Below are positions 39,693 to 48,860 of a stretch of 64,000 bases of DNA, piece after piece. How positions within the stretch are numbered: the stretch's first letter is position 1; every line of letters begins with the position of its first letter. Made by a program: the position numbers and the translations under genes. The stretch is taken from positions 20,675 to 84,674 of the forward strand of contig JALHOE010000007.1 in assembly GCA_022843175.1 (NCBI GenBank), given 5' to 3'. The notes under the pieces are model-generated. The model saw only the letters and a program-made list of their open reading frames with translations, was not told the origin of the DNA and did no database searches. The DNA comes from Deltaproteobacteria bacterium. GTDB taxonomy: Bacteria > Myxococcota_A > Polyangia > Polyangiales > JADJMO01.

Positions 39693-40325
39693 ATGCCTGC
39701 GCCCCGGCTCCCGAAACAGAGGACGAAGAGGACTCACACCCGCGGTGTGACTCTCCTCGAGCTGATGGCCGTGGTCACGATCATCGGCATCTTCGTCGCG
39801 CTCGCCGTCCCCGGAATGGGCGGCATCATGAAGGATCGCCACGCCGCCCGCGCCGCAGACGAGCTCGCCAACATGTTCCGCATCGCGCGGGCGCGCGCCG
39901 CGGCGACCGGCGTCGCGCACATGGTCGTCATCGACGCCAACGGCACCGGCGCGCGGTTCGAGCTCCGCGCCGCCCTCAGCGGGGTCGGCGGTCCGGTCGC
40001 GAGCTGCAGCGCCACGACCTGGGGCGCGAGCGACTCGCGCCAGCTGAAGCTCATCGATCTCGCCGGCGGGTCGTTCGCCGGCAAGGACATCACCGTGAAG
40101 CCCGCCGACGCGATCGGCGGCACGACGGCCACGCCGATCGTCAGCGAGTTCTGCTACACGCCCGGCGGCACGCCGTGGCTGCGTTCCGGCTCGCTGTGGG
40201 TTCGTCCGCCGGCGTCGGCCGTGGCGCGCTGGTCGGTCTATCGCAAGGAGGGCTCGGTGTTCGCCGGGCTCACGCGCATCGTGCGCGTCACGCCGAGCGG
40301 GCTCCCCGCCATCGAGGCCAGCTGA
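39693..40325 (+). CDS. Type IV minor pilin / pseudopilin, GspH/FimT(FimU)-like
   Basis: Prepilin cleavage/methylation motif TRG-VTLLELMAVVTIIGI (Gly-1, Glu+5). ATG at 39693 is preferred to TTG at 39681. Confidence 0.75.
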   Translation: MPAPRLPKQRTKRTHTRGVTLLELMAVVTIIGIFVALAVPGMGGIMKDRHAARAADELANMFRIARARAAATGVAHMVVIDANGTGARFELRAALSGVGGPVASCSATTWGASDSRQLKLIDLAGGSFAGKDITVKPADAIGGTTATPIVSEFCYTPGGTPWLRSGSLWVRPPASAVARWSVYRKEGSVFAGLTRIVRVTPSGLPAIEAS

Positions 40326-40942
40326 TGCGCGCGCCGTCTCGCCGAGCCGCGTCGGGCTTCACCCTCCTCGAGGTGATGATGGCCCTCACCGTCCTCGCGA
40401 TCGGGATGCTCGGCATCGTCGCGCTGCAGGCGGCGACCGTCGGCTCCACCCAGGACGCCTCGCAGTTCTCCACGGCCAACGCGGTCACCCGCACCTGGAT
40501 CCAGCGGCTGCAGCGCGACGCGCAGCGGTGGAACCACCCGTCGACGCTGTTTCCCGACCGCGACGACATCACCGAGACGGCGTGGATCCAGTTCGCCGAC
40601 TCGGCGGCCAACAAGTGGTTTCGCCCGAACGAGTCGGCGATGGAGCCGGGGCTCACCGCGGCGTTCAACCGCAACGGCGCCGACGTGAAGGTCGATGACG
40701 ACCAGAACACGGTCTACTGCACGCACCTCCGCCTGCGCCGGCTCTACCCGGACCTCGTCCGCGCCGAGGTGCGCGTGTTCTGGAAGAAGCGCCGCCTCAC
40801 CGACGGCCCCACCTATATGGCGCACAAGCTCGACAAGGGCATCTGCTCCACCACCGGCGCCGAGGACGTGCTCGGCAGCGACACCGACAACTTCCACTGG
40901 ACCTACGCGGTCGCAGGCATCGCCAAGGTGACCGCGCAATGA
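40325..40942 (+). CDS. pilV: Type IV minor pilin PilV-like
   Basis: ASG-FTLLEVMMALTVLAIGMLG prepilin motif. ATG overlaps the upstream stop (TGATG). Confidence 0.75.
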   Translation: MRAPSRRAASGFTLLEVMMALTVLAIGMLGIVALQAATVGSTQDASQFSTANAVTRTWIQRLQRDAQRWNHPSTLFPDRDDITETAWIQFADSAANKWFRPNESAMEPGLTAAFNRNGADVKVDDDQNTVYCTHLRLRRLYPDLVRAEVRVFWKKRRLTDGPTYMAHKLDKGICSTTGAEDVLGSDTDNFHWTYAVAGIAKVTAQ

Positions 40943-42192
40943 GCCGCCGTCGCGCATCGCAAGCCGGCTTCACGCTGATCGAGCTGCTCGTCGCCTCGAT
41001 CGCGGGCCTGTTCGTGGTCCTCGCCGCGTTCATGCTGTCGCGCGGCGCGACGCGCCTGTTCGCCGCGGAGGGCCGCGTCGCCAACAGCCAGCTCAACCTC
41101 CGGCTCGGCCTCGATCGCCTGCGCCAGGACCTCGAGCGCGCCGGCTACATGACGACGCCGAACGTCGTCAGCGATCCCGACGTCTGTCCGCGTCCGGCCG
41201 CGATGGGTCTCGCGATGCCGCTCCAGTCGGTGCTGCTCCGGCCCGGAGCGCCCTCCACGTCGACCGCCGAGACCCCGATGTCCGAGGCGAACGGGCTCTA
41301 CCCCGACCGCATCACCCTCACCGGCAACTTCGCGTCGACGGACATCTACCTCGCCGCGACGATCATGCCGTCGTCGGGCGGCGGCGGCTACGACATCACG
41401 CTGCAGCGCTACTGGGGCTCGACGATGCGCCTGCTCTCGGTCGGCGAGACCTCGTCCGCCACGTCGGCGCTCAACTCGATCTTCGCCGCCGACCGCATCC
41501 TCCGCATCCGCAACAACGTGGGCGTCTCGCAGTTCGTGCTCATTCAGGGCGCGGCAGTCGACGCCTCGGGGCGCGCGGTGATCACGACCAAGTCGGTCCC
41601 CGCCTACGCCTCGTCGAACGACGTCGGCGTGCTCGACAAGCGCTGCGGCGGCTCGGGCTTCTGCATGGGCTGCGAGATCAACCCGGTGCAGATCGTCCAG
41701 TACTCGGTCGGCTACCTCACCGACGCGAAGTTCGCGTGGGCTTACCCGACCGGCACCATCGGCGACAAGAACAAGTACGACCTCCTTCGCACCGAGCTCA
41801 ACCCCGACGGCAGCGTCGTCGTGGGGAGCGAGGAGATCGTCGCGGAGTACGTGGTCGATCTCGGGTTCGCGTTCGGCGTCGACACCTCGCTCGCCGCCCC
41901 GCCCGGCAGCACCACGTACATCGAACCGACGCTCACCAGCTACGCGTTCGGGCAGCCGGAGAACATGCAGTTCGGCGGCTCGGTGATCGCCTCGGCGGCG
42001 AACCGCCCCCAGCGCATTCGCTCGGTGAAATACCGCATGACCACGCGCACGCGCTTCCCCGACTACAACTCCGCCAGCGACGACGGCGGCGCGGGGCTCG
42101 GGCGCTACAAGCTGGCCGCCGAGCAGTACAGCCGCGCGCGCACCATCACCGGCGACGTCACCCTCATGAACCAGCAGGGGGTCCGATGGTGA
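40939..42192 (+). CDS. pilW: Type IV minor pilin PilW-like
   Basis: QAG-FTLIELLVASIAGLFVV prepilin motif. ATGA overlap with pilV. Confidence 0.75.
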   Translation: MSRRRASQAGFTLIELLVASIAGLFVVLAAFMLSRGATRLFAAEGRVANSQLNLRLGLDRLRQDLERAGYMTTPNVVSDPDVCPRPAAMGLAMPLQSVLLRPGAPSTSTAETPMSEANGLYPDRITLTGNFASTDIYLAATIMPSSGGGGYDITLQRYWGSTMRLLSVGETSSATSALNSIFAADRILRIRNNVGVSQFVLIQGAAVDASGRAVITTKSVPAYASSNDVGVLDKRCGGSGFCMGCEINPVQIVQYSVGYLTDAKFAWAYPTGTIGDKNKYDLLRTELNPDGSVVVGSEEIVAEYVVDLGFAFGVDTSLAAPPGSTTYIEPTLTSYAFGQPENMQFGGSVIASAANRPQRIRSVKYRMTTRTRFPDYNSASDDGGAGLGRYKLAAEQYSRARTITGDVTLMNQQGVRW

Positions 42193-42875
42193 GCCCCCGT
42201 CGTTCGAGCGAGCGCGGCGCGGCGATGTTCGTCGTGCTGATGGTGATCCTCATCCTCTCGGGGATCGGCACCTTCGCGCTGTCCAACGCGCGCTACGAGG
42301 TGCAGGCCGCGGGCTTCGGTCGACACCGCGCGGTCTCGCAGGAGGTCACGCAGCTCGGGGGCGCCGCCGCGATGGCGGAGGTCGGCGGACAGAACCGCGC
42401 CTCGGCGTACCTCTCGCGCATGAAGATGCCCGGCGTCACCTGCAAGGCGAACCAGGGCATCCTCGGGTCGCCCTGCGCGCACATCTACCTGCGCGACGTC
42501 GAGACCCGCGCGGGTCTCACGAGCGAGCGCCTGTTCCGCCCGGCGGTGCTCGGGAGCAAGACGCCGGGCAGCCTCGGTCTCAACACCCTCAGCGGCGGCT
42601 TCGACGTGCAGCTCACCGAGCCGCTCGAGGTCACGAAGCCCCTCGCTGGTTTCAACATCCAGAGCGACAGCGGTCAGGCCGGTCAGCAGTCGAGCGCGGC
42701 GACGTTCGTCGACATCACGGTCACCTCGACCGGCGTGGTGTTCGACGATCTCAACGGCAACGGCATCATCGACTACCCCGCCGAGGGCAGCGGCGCGGTC
42801 TTCACCGAGGGACGCGGCCACGTGTTCATCGGCCCGATCCTCAAGAGTGCAACAGCGTCGACGGTGACACCGTGA
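42186..42875 (+). CDS. pilX: PilX/GspK-like minor pilin (no Glu+5)
   Basis: ERG-AAMFVVLMVILILSGIGTFAL. 7-nt overlap with pilW. Position in the cluster fits. Confidence 0.65.
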   Translation: MVSPRRSSERGAAMFVVLMVILILSGIGTFALSNARYEVQAAGFGRHRAVSQEVTQLGGAAAMAEVGGQNRASAYLSRMKMPGVTCKANQGILGSPCAHIYLRDVETRAGLTSERLFRPAVLGSKTPGSLGLNTLSGGFDVQLTEPLEVTKPLAGFNIQSDSGQAGQQSSAATFVDITVTSTGVVFDDLNGNGIIDYPAEGSGAVFTEGRGHVFIGPILKSATASTVTP

Positions 42876-42890
42876 TGCTCGAGGTGAACC

Positions 42891-45800
42891 ATGTCTAGGA
42901 GTCAGCAGTTGGTCGTGGGCGGCTTCCTCGCCGCCGTGCTCCTCGCGCCTGCCGCGTCGCGCGCGCAGAGCGACGTCACGCCCGCGCTCCCCAACGTGCT
43001 CATCCTCCTCGACACGTCGGGCTCGATGGAGCGCAAGCCGAACGCCACGTTGCCGGGGCACGCCGCCGGCACCACGTCGTCGACGGAGAAGACCCGGTGG
43101 GTGCAAGCGCTCGAGGTCCTCGGCGGCAGCCTCGAGGGCTACAAGCTGCTGCACCAGCCGCGCACCACCACCGACTTCCGCGACGAGTTCGGCCTCGGCG
43201 GACAGGCGCCCTACGACCTCGACTACTACCTGCCCCACTTTCGTCCGCTCTCCAACGACTGCGCGATCGGCTCGACGTCGATGTCGACGACCAAGACCTG
43301 GCCGGTCGACTGGAAGACCTGGGGCACGAGCAGCTTCGGCTTCCGCAAGTGGAGCGGCGCGTCGCTCGGCGCGATCGGCTCGTGCGGTCCCACCGACTAC
43401 AAGACCGACGGCCTCGGCATCCTCGACACGTTCCGCGATCAGGCGCGGTTCGGCATGATGACGTTCGACACCACGCCCGATCCGAAGACGGGTTGGACGG
43501 GGAGCGCCCACGATCCCGTCGGCGGCATGAACGGCACCTGGAGCTACTTCCCCGGCTGGGATGGCACCGGCACGTTCTCGCCGACGTACGGCTGGCCGGC
43601 CGGCTGCACCATCGATCCCGGCTCGCTCTCGACGCACCTCCACGAGCTCGGCGCGCGCAACCCGAGCGCGCCGCCCTGGGAGGGCCCGCTCGTCCCGTTC
43701 GCCGACGACGACTCGACCACCGCGCTCCGCACGGTCAACGATCGCATTCGCTACGCGATGCTCGCGGCTCGCCCGTACGGCGCGACGCCCCTCGGGCCGA
43801 TGCTCGCCGACGCGCAGCACTACCTGTGGAACGACCCGAAGGGACCGAAGATCGATCCCAAGGCGACCTGCCGCGGCAACTTCATCATCCTCATCACCGA
43901 CGGGTTCCCCAACTCCGACCTGCGCCCGAACTGCGAGAACAACCCCGATCCGAAGATGGCCGCGGCCTGGCCGGGCTGCGACACCGCGACCGGCGGCGGC
44001 GGCTGCTGCCCGACCAAGCGCCCGCAGGACATCACCTACGATCTCGCGCACCCGCCGGCCGACAAGCCCGAGGTCAAGACGTTCGTCGTCGGCTTCGCGC
44101 TCTCGGACGACATGGGCGCGCCGGTCGACTGCAACGCCATCGACCCGAAGAGCGGCATCTGCTCCACGTCGACGCTCGACCCGAAGTACAAGCCGTGCTG
44201 CACGCTGCACGAGATGGCGTACAACGGCGGCACCGACAAGGCGCTCCTCGCGAACGACACCGACACGCTGCGCGCCGCGCTCGTGGACGCGATGTCGAAG
44301 GCGACCGCGTCGACGTCGACGTCGCGCACCGTCCCGGTCTTCGCGCCCGGCGTCGCCGCGTCGGGCGGCGGCCAGTACGAGTTCCGCTCGTCGTTCAAGG
44401 TCAACGCGTTCGGCCCGTGGACGGGCGTCCTCGAGCGCATCCGCTGGGAGTGCAAGGGCGCGACCGCGGGCGGCGCGGCGGCCCCGGTCGATCTCGACGT
44501 CGCCAAGGGCGACGACTTCGCCAACAACCTCAACAAGATGTCCGCGCGTAGGTTCTTTACGTGGGACGCCGTCAGCGGCGCCGGCGGCGCCAAGTCGGGC
44601 GACACGATCCGCCCGAACCTCGCGTCCGCCGACAGCGACGGCATGAGCTACTCGCCGCCGCCGCCGATCGTCTCGGCGTCGGGCTCGACGTTCGTCAACA
44701 GCGTCACCCCGGCGATGATGGGCATCACCACGCCGTGCGCCGACACGACGACGGTGCAGGACTGCCGCACCAAGCTCCTCAACTACGCGCTCGCGCTGCC
44801 GCAGCCCAAGACGACCTGGCAGTCGCGCGTCGGCATCGCGCTCGGCGACATCTACCACGCGACGCCGGTCACGGTCGGTCCGCCGAGCGCGTTCCTCCGC
44901 GACGAGTCCTACACCGCGTTCCGCAACGCGCCGGCCATCGCGACGCGCCCGCCGTTCATGCTCACGGCGACCAACGACGGCCTGCTCCACGCGTTCAAGG
45001 CGAGCGTCACGTCCGACAGCGATCCCGACGCCGAGCTCTTCGCGTTCATCCCGCCCGCCGTCCTCCCCCACATCGGCAAGCAGTACGGCGGCGCGCACGC
45101 GCTCCTGCTCGACGCGGCGCCGGTGGTGAAGGACGTCGCGTTCGGATTCGGGACCAGCACCCGCCCGTGGGGGCGCACCAGCGTCGACGCGCGCGGCGGC
45201 ACCGGCAACTGGCGCACGGTCGCCGTGGGCGGGCTCACCACCGGCCGCGGCTACTACGCGATGGACGTGACCGATCCGAAGAACCCGAAGCTGCTCTGGC
45301 AGATCACCAAGTGGAACAACTACACCGGGCCGACGGCGAGCTCCGAGGACCTCTTCGGTCTGCTCCCCGGCGCGCCGGCGATCGGCACCGTCTACCTCGA
45401 CGACAGCGGCACCAAGGTCGAGACGCCGGTCGCGTTCCTCCCCGGCGGCGAGGGCACTCAGTTCGCGCCCGGCGCTTGCAGCCGCTGGCCGCGCTTCGCC
45501 CCCACGTCGACCGATCCGACGACCACGCCGCGCACCAAGGTCCGCTGCTGGACCGGCCCCGGCAACAGCTTCACCGTGGTGCGCCTCTACGACGGCAAGA
45601 TCCTCCGCACCTTCCGCAACGATCCGACCCCCGGCGACGGCGTGCACCCCAACGAGCCGACCTCGGCGACGACGCAGATCGAAGCGGCCGGTAAGGCTTC
45701 GCAGCTGATCCTCGGCGACTCGGGCGTGTGGCCGACGATCGACTCGCCGATCACCGGCGCCGTCGCGCTCTACCCCGGCGCCACCGGCACCGTGACCACC

Positions 45801-46712
45801 CGCGCCTTCGTCGGCGACCAGGACGGCACGCTGTGGAAGCTCGACGTCTCCGATCCGAAGCCGGAGAAGTGGACGTTCGACATCTTCCACGACGCCTACT
45901 TCCCGAGCGACACCGCCAACACCGTCCCGGCCGCGTGGGGCCCGGTCGCGCTCCCGCCGGTGCTCACGGTCGATCGCTTCGGCGACATCGTCGTCGACTA
46001 CGCGACCGGCGATCAGAACAACTTCTCCACCACCTACCTCAACCACGTCTACTCGATCACCGAGCGCACCTCTCTCGGCGCGGGCGGCGTGAAGACGATC
46101 ACCCCCAAGCTGAACTGGCACATCAAGCTGACCGGCGGCGTCACGCCGACCGGCGCCCTGTCGCTGTTCGGCGGCAACCTGTTCTTCTCGACCTTCACCC
46201 CGGACGTCTCCTCCGCCGACGCCTGCCTCAAGGGTCAGGGCGTGCTGTGGGGCGTCGACTACGTCGAGACCGAGGACGGCAAGGTGCTCAACGACGACGG
46301 CACCCCGGTCCCGCGCGGTCGTCACCGGAAGATCGGCGCCGAGGCGCTCACGACCGGGACCTGTCCGCCCTCGATCCCCAACGCCGACGGCCGCACCGGC
46401 GTCGACTACGCGCAGCTCTTCCGCTGCATCGCGCTGCCGCCCGGCTCGATCGTCTTCGGCGCCGGCATCACCCAGCGCCCGTCGTGCGTGACCGAGCCGA
46501 CGTCGTCGATCGGCATCGACCCGTACACCGGCGTGGCCTCCGCGCACACCGGCGTGAGCGACATCAACGTCGGTCAGTTCCAGCTCGTCGCCCAGACCGG
46601 CCCCAAGGCCGGCGGCGCAACGGGTGGCTCGTTGACCAACACGTATACGCGTACACTGACGCCGCCGTTGTCGACGAGCCGGATCGATTCGTGGGCCGCA
46701 ATCATCGAGTAG
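42891..46712 (+). CDS. pilY1: PilY1-like type IV pilus tip-associated adhesin (N-terminal vWA-like, C-terminal beta-propeller)
   Basis: 1273 aa. Signal, then VLILLDTSGSM (MIDAS DxSxS). Large size and position directly after the minor pilins. RBS GAGGTG. Confidence 0.8.
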   Translation: MSRSQQLVVGGFLAAVLLAPAASRAQSDVTPALPNVLILLDTSGSMERKPNATLPGHAAGTTSSTEKTRWVQALEVLGGSLEGYKLLHQPRTTTDFRDEFGLGGQAPYDLDYYLPHFRPLSNDCAIGSTSMSTTKTWPVDWKTWGTSSFGFRKWSGASLGAIGSCGPTDYKTDGLGILDTFRDQARFGMMTFDTTPDPKTGWTGSAHDPVGGMNGTWSYFPGWDGTGTFSPTYGWPAGCTIDPGSLSTHLHELGARNPSAPPWEGPLVPFADDDSTTALRTVNDRIRYAMLAARPYGATPLGPMLADAQHYLWNDPKGPKIDPKATCRGNFIILITDGFPNSDLRPNCENNPDPKMAAAWPGCDTATGGGGCCPTKRPQDITYDLAHPPADKPEVKTFVVGFALSDDMGAPVDCNAIDPKSGICSTSTLDPKYKPCCTLHEMAYNGGTDKALLANDTDTLRAALVDAMSKATASTSTSRTVPVFAPGVAASGGGQYEFRSSFKVNAFGPWTGVLERIRWECKGATAGGAAAPVDLDVAKGDDFANNLNKMSARRFFTWDAVSGAGGAKSGDTIRPNLASADSDGMSYSPPPPIVSASGSTFVNSVTPAMMGITTPCADTTTVQDCRTKLLNYALALPQPKTTWQSRVGIALGDIYHATPVTVGPPSAFLRDESYTAFRNAPAIATRPPFMLTATNDGLLHAFKASVTSDSDPDAELFAFIPPAVLPHIGKQYGGAHALLLDAAPVVKDVAFGFGTSTRPWGRTSVDARGGTGNWRTVAVGGLTTGRGYYAMDVTDPKNPKLLWQITKWNNYTGPTASSEDLFGLLPGAPAIGTVYLDDSGTKVETPVAFLPGGEGTQFAPGACSRWPRFAPTSTDPTTTPRTKVRCWTGPGNSFTVVRLYDGKILRTFRNDPTPGDGVHPNEPTSATTQIEAAGKASQLILGDSGVWPTIDSPITGAVALYPGATGTVTTRAFVGDQDGTLWKLDVSDPKPEKWTFDIFHDAYFPSDTANTVPAAWGPVALPPVLTVDRFGDIVVDYATGDQNNFSTTYLNHVYSITERTSLGAGGVKTITPKLNWHIKLTGGVTPTGALSLFGGNLFFSTFTPDVSSADACLKGQGVLWGVDYVETEDGKVLNDDGTPVPRGRHRKIGAEALTTGTCPPSIPNADGRTGVDYAQLFRCIALPPGSIVFGAGITQRPSCVTEPTSSIGIDPYTGVASAHTGVSDINVGQFQLVAQTGPKAGGATGGSLTNTYTRTLTPPLSTSRIDSWAAIIE

Positions 46713-47212
46713 CGATCACACTCCTCCTCGCCGGGGCTGCCCTCGGCTGTCGCCGATCCAAGCCGAACGACGTCGCGACGCCGCCGGTGGCCTCGGTGCC
46801 CGCCGATCGCTTGGGTCCGGGCGAGGCCGCGCCCGGCCAGGAGAAGGCGCACGACCTGCTCCTGCCGCGCGGGGGCAAGGTCGACCGCGTGTTCGGCAAG
46901 AGCGTCTATGCCTGGGTGCCGGGCTCGCCGGAGTCGGTCGCGAACTACATCCGCACGCAGACCGACGACGAGGTCGCGGCGATCATCGGACCGAGCGCAA
47001 CGGTGTTCCCCAAGTTCCATGTGCGGGGCGCCGCCAGGGACCACTGGCTGCGGGTCGAGATCTCGAGCGACCAGACCGACACGACCAACCTCATCATCGA
47101 CCGCATCGACGACAAGCCGCCCCCGCCCGCCGGCAAGTCGAACGCCGAGCTCATGAAAGAGGTGGGCCTCACGCCCGACGGGAAGATCCTGGATCCCAAG
47201 CGGATCGAGTGA
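46691..47212 (+). CDS. Lipoprotein translationally coupled to pilY1, unknown function
   Basis: GTG at 46691 gives VGRNHRVAITLLLAGAALGC (lipobox). 22-nt overlap with the pilY1 3' end. No Cys besides the lipobox. Confidence 0.55.
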   Translation: MGRNHRVAITLLLAGAALGCRRSKPNDVATPPVASVPADRLGPGEAAPGQEKAHDLLLPRGGKVDRVFGKSVYAWVPGSPESVANYIRTQTDDEVAAIIGPSATVFPKFHVRGAARDHWLRVEISSDQTDTTNLIIDRIDDKPPPPAGKSNAELMKEVGLTPDGKILDPKRIE

Positions 47213-47248
47213 CGTTCGGCAGCCGCGGTGGTAACCCCGGCGGCCCAG

Positions 47249-47635
47249 ATGACGGCCTCCAAGCAGATCATTTCCACCGACGGCGCTCCGGCGGCGATCG
47301 GGCCCTATAGCCAGGCGGTCCGCGCCGGCGGCTTCGTCTTCCTCAGCGGGCAGATCCCGCTCGATCCGGCGACCGGGCAGATGGTCGAGGGCGACATCGA
47401 GGCGCAGACGCGTCGGGTGATGGCGAACCTCGAGGCCGTGCTCACCGCCGCCGGCACCACGTTCGACCGCGTCGTCCGCGCCACCATCTACCTCACCGAC
47501 CTCGGCGACTTCGCCAAGGTCAACGCCATCTACGGCGAGAAGTTCGCAAAGGATCCGCCCGCCCGCGCGACGGTGCAGGTCGCCGCGCTGCCCAAGGGCG
47601 CGCACGTTGAAATCGATCTCGTCGCGATCGCCTGA
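47249..47635 (+). CDS. ridA: RidA (YjgF/TdcF) family reactive-intermediate deaminase
   Basis: MTASKQIISTDGAPAAIGPYSQAV...GFVFLSGQIPLDPATG...ARATVQVAALPKGAHVEI. Confidence 0.9.
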   Translation: MTASKQIISTDGAPAAIGPYSQAVRAGGFVFLSGQIPLDPATGQMVEGDIEAQTRRVMANLEAVLTAAGTTFDRVVRATIYLTDLGDFAKVNAIYGEKFAKDPPARATVQVAALPKGAHVEIDLVAIA

Positions 47636-47645
47636 GAGAGAGACC

Positions 47646-48860
47646 ATGGCTGCCAAGAAGAAGACCGAGACCACGACCTCCGAAGCGCTCCACCACCCGC
47701 CCGTCGAGCCGGCCACGCCCGAGCCCGCCTTCGACGACGCGACGCTCGCCGCCACGTTCGACAACGCGGTCGCAGTGCTTGGCAAGCTCCCCGCGGCCAA
47801 GCAGGAGGCGCTGATCCAGGCGTGGGTCGCGAAGCGCAACGCCGCCGCCGTCGCCGCCGTCGCCGCCCGCGACGACGCCCCCGCGCGCAAGGCCGCGCGC
47901 CGCGCGATCAACGTGCTCAAGTCGCGAGGCGTCGCGATCCCGGAGCGCCCGAGCGTCGTCGCCGCGCTCCCCAAGCCCGAATACACGTTCGAGGCGCGCG
48001 CGATGTTCCCCGACGGGCGCGGCGCGCAGATCTGGTGGATCGCGAAGATCGCCAAGACCGGCGGCACCGAGGTCGTCGAGGTCACCACCGTCGACAAGCA
48101 GGGCGTCATCTCGATCAACAAGGGCAACCCGAGCGCCGGCAACCTCCGCCAGATCTGGCAGGGGTGGGTCTCGCGCGCGGGTCGCGCGCCGTCCGAGGTG
48201 CCGGTCGAGTTCGCGCGCCATCGCATCGCCGAGGCGCGCGCAGTGTCGGTCGCGCGCAAGGCCGTGCTGCCGATGGGCATCGACGGCTCGAGGGAGCTCC
48301 TCGGCGATCTCACCGCCAAGAGCGCCGCGCCGCCCCACCCGATCGACGGCGAGGATCTCGCGATCCCCACCGACGACGACGCGGTGAAGGCGCGTGTCGA
48401 GCGCTCGATGCACCTCCACGAGGAGCCCGAGTTCGCGTCGTGGCTGCCCGACGACCCGGCCGGCGTCGCGCTCCTCCAGGCGATCAACGAGCGCGTGCAG
48501 GCGCTCGGCGTGCTCCCCGGCATGACCGCCGACGAAGAGCAGCAGAAGCAGATCGACACCGCCGTCAACGAGGCGATCGACCAGGCGGCCAACGCCTACT
48601 TCGACGACGAGCGCAAGAAGCTCTACGTGAGCCGCATGCGCGACGCGGCGTGGTCGCTCTACCGGGCCGGGGTCGTCGACCGCGCGATCGACGCGCTCGT
48701 CGTCGCGAGCGCGATCGAGAAGGCCGGCGTGATCTCCGATCAGCCGAGCGAGATCCCGTTCGTGCGCGGCATGTTCGTCAAGCTGATCGCGATCGCGCAG
48801 CAGCGCGCCGCCGCCATGTCGCCGACCGGGACCGAGGAGGCCGAGCGGCTCAACGGCTGA
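47646..48860 (+). CDS. Hypothetical cytoplasmic protein (404 aa) translationally coupled to recN
   Basis: ATG at 47646 follows GAGAGAGAG. High G/C at codon position 3. Stop overlaps the recN ATG (TGATG). No motif I recognise. Confidence 0.6.
   Translation: MAAKKKTETTTSEALHHPPVEPATPEPAFDDATLAATFDNAVAVLGKLPAAKQEALIQAWVAKRNAAAVAAVAARDDAPARKAARRAINVLKSRGVAIPERPSVVAALPKPEYTFEARAMFPDGRGAQIWWIAKIAKTGGTEVVEVTTVDKQGVISINKGNPSAGNLRQIWQGWVSRAGRAPSEVPVEFARHRIAEARAVSVARKAVLPMGIDGSRELLGDLTAKSAAPPHPIDGEDLAIPTDDDAVKARVERSMHLHEEPEFASWLPDDPAGVALLQAINERVQALGVLPGMTADEEQQKQIDTAVNEAIDQAANAYFDDERKKLYVSRMRDAAWSLYRAGVVDRAIDALVVASAIEKAGVISDQPSEIPFVRGMFVKLIAIAQQRAAAMSPTGTEEAERLNG

Noticed and set aside
35655-39750. 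848-aa and 670-aa plus-strand ORFs
   Set aside because: They are antisense to the polyferredoxin, DUF362 and lipoprotein genes, all of which have strong motif support.
42105-46547. 1480-aa minus-strand ORF, the longest in the window
   Set aside because: It is fully antisense to pilY1. Its Arg/Gly/Ala/Asp/Val-rich composition lacks aromatic and Lys residues. pilY1 has a signal peptide, a MIDAS motif and operon context.
46574-48592. 672-aa minus-strand ORF
   Set aside because: It is antisense to the pilY1-coupled lipoprotein, ridA and the recN-coupled gene. ridA is unambiguous on the plus strand.
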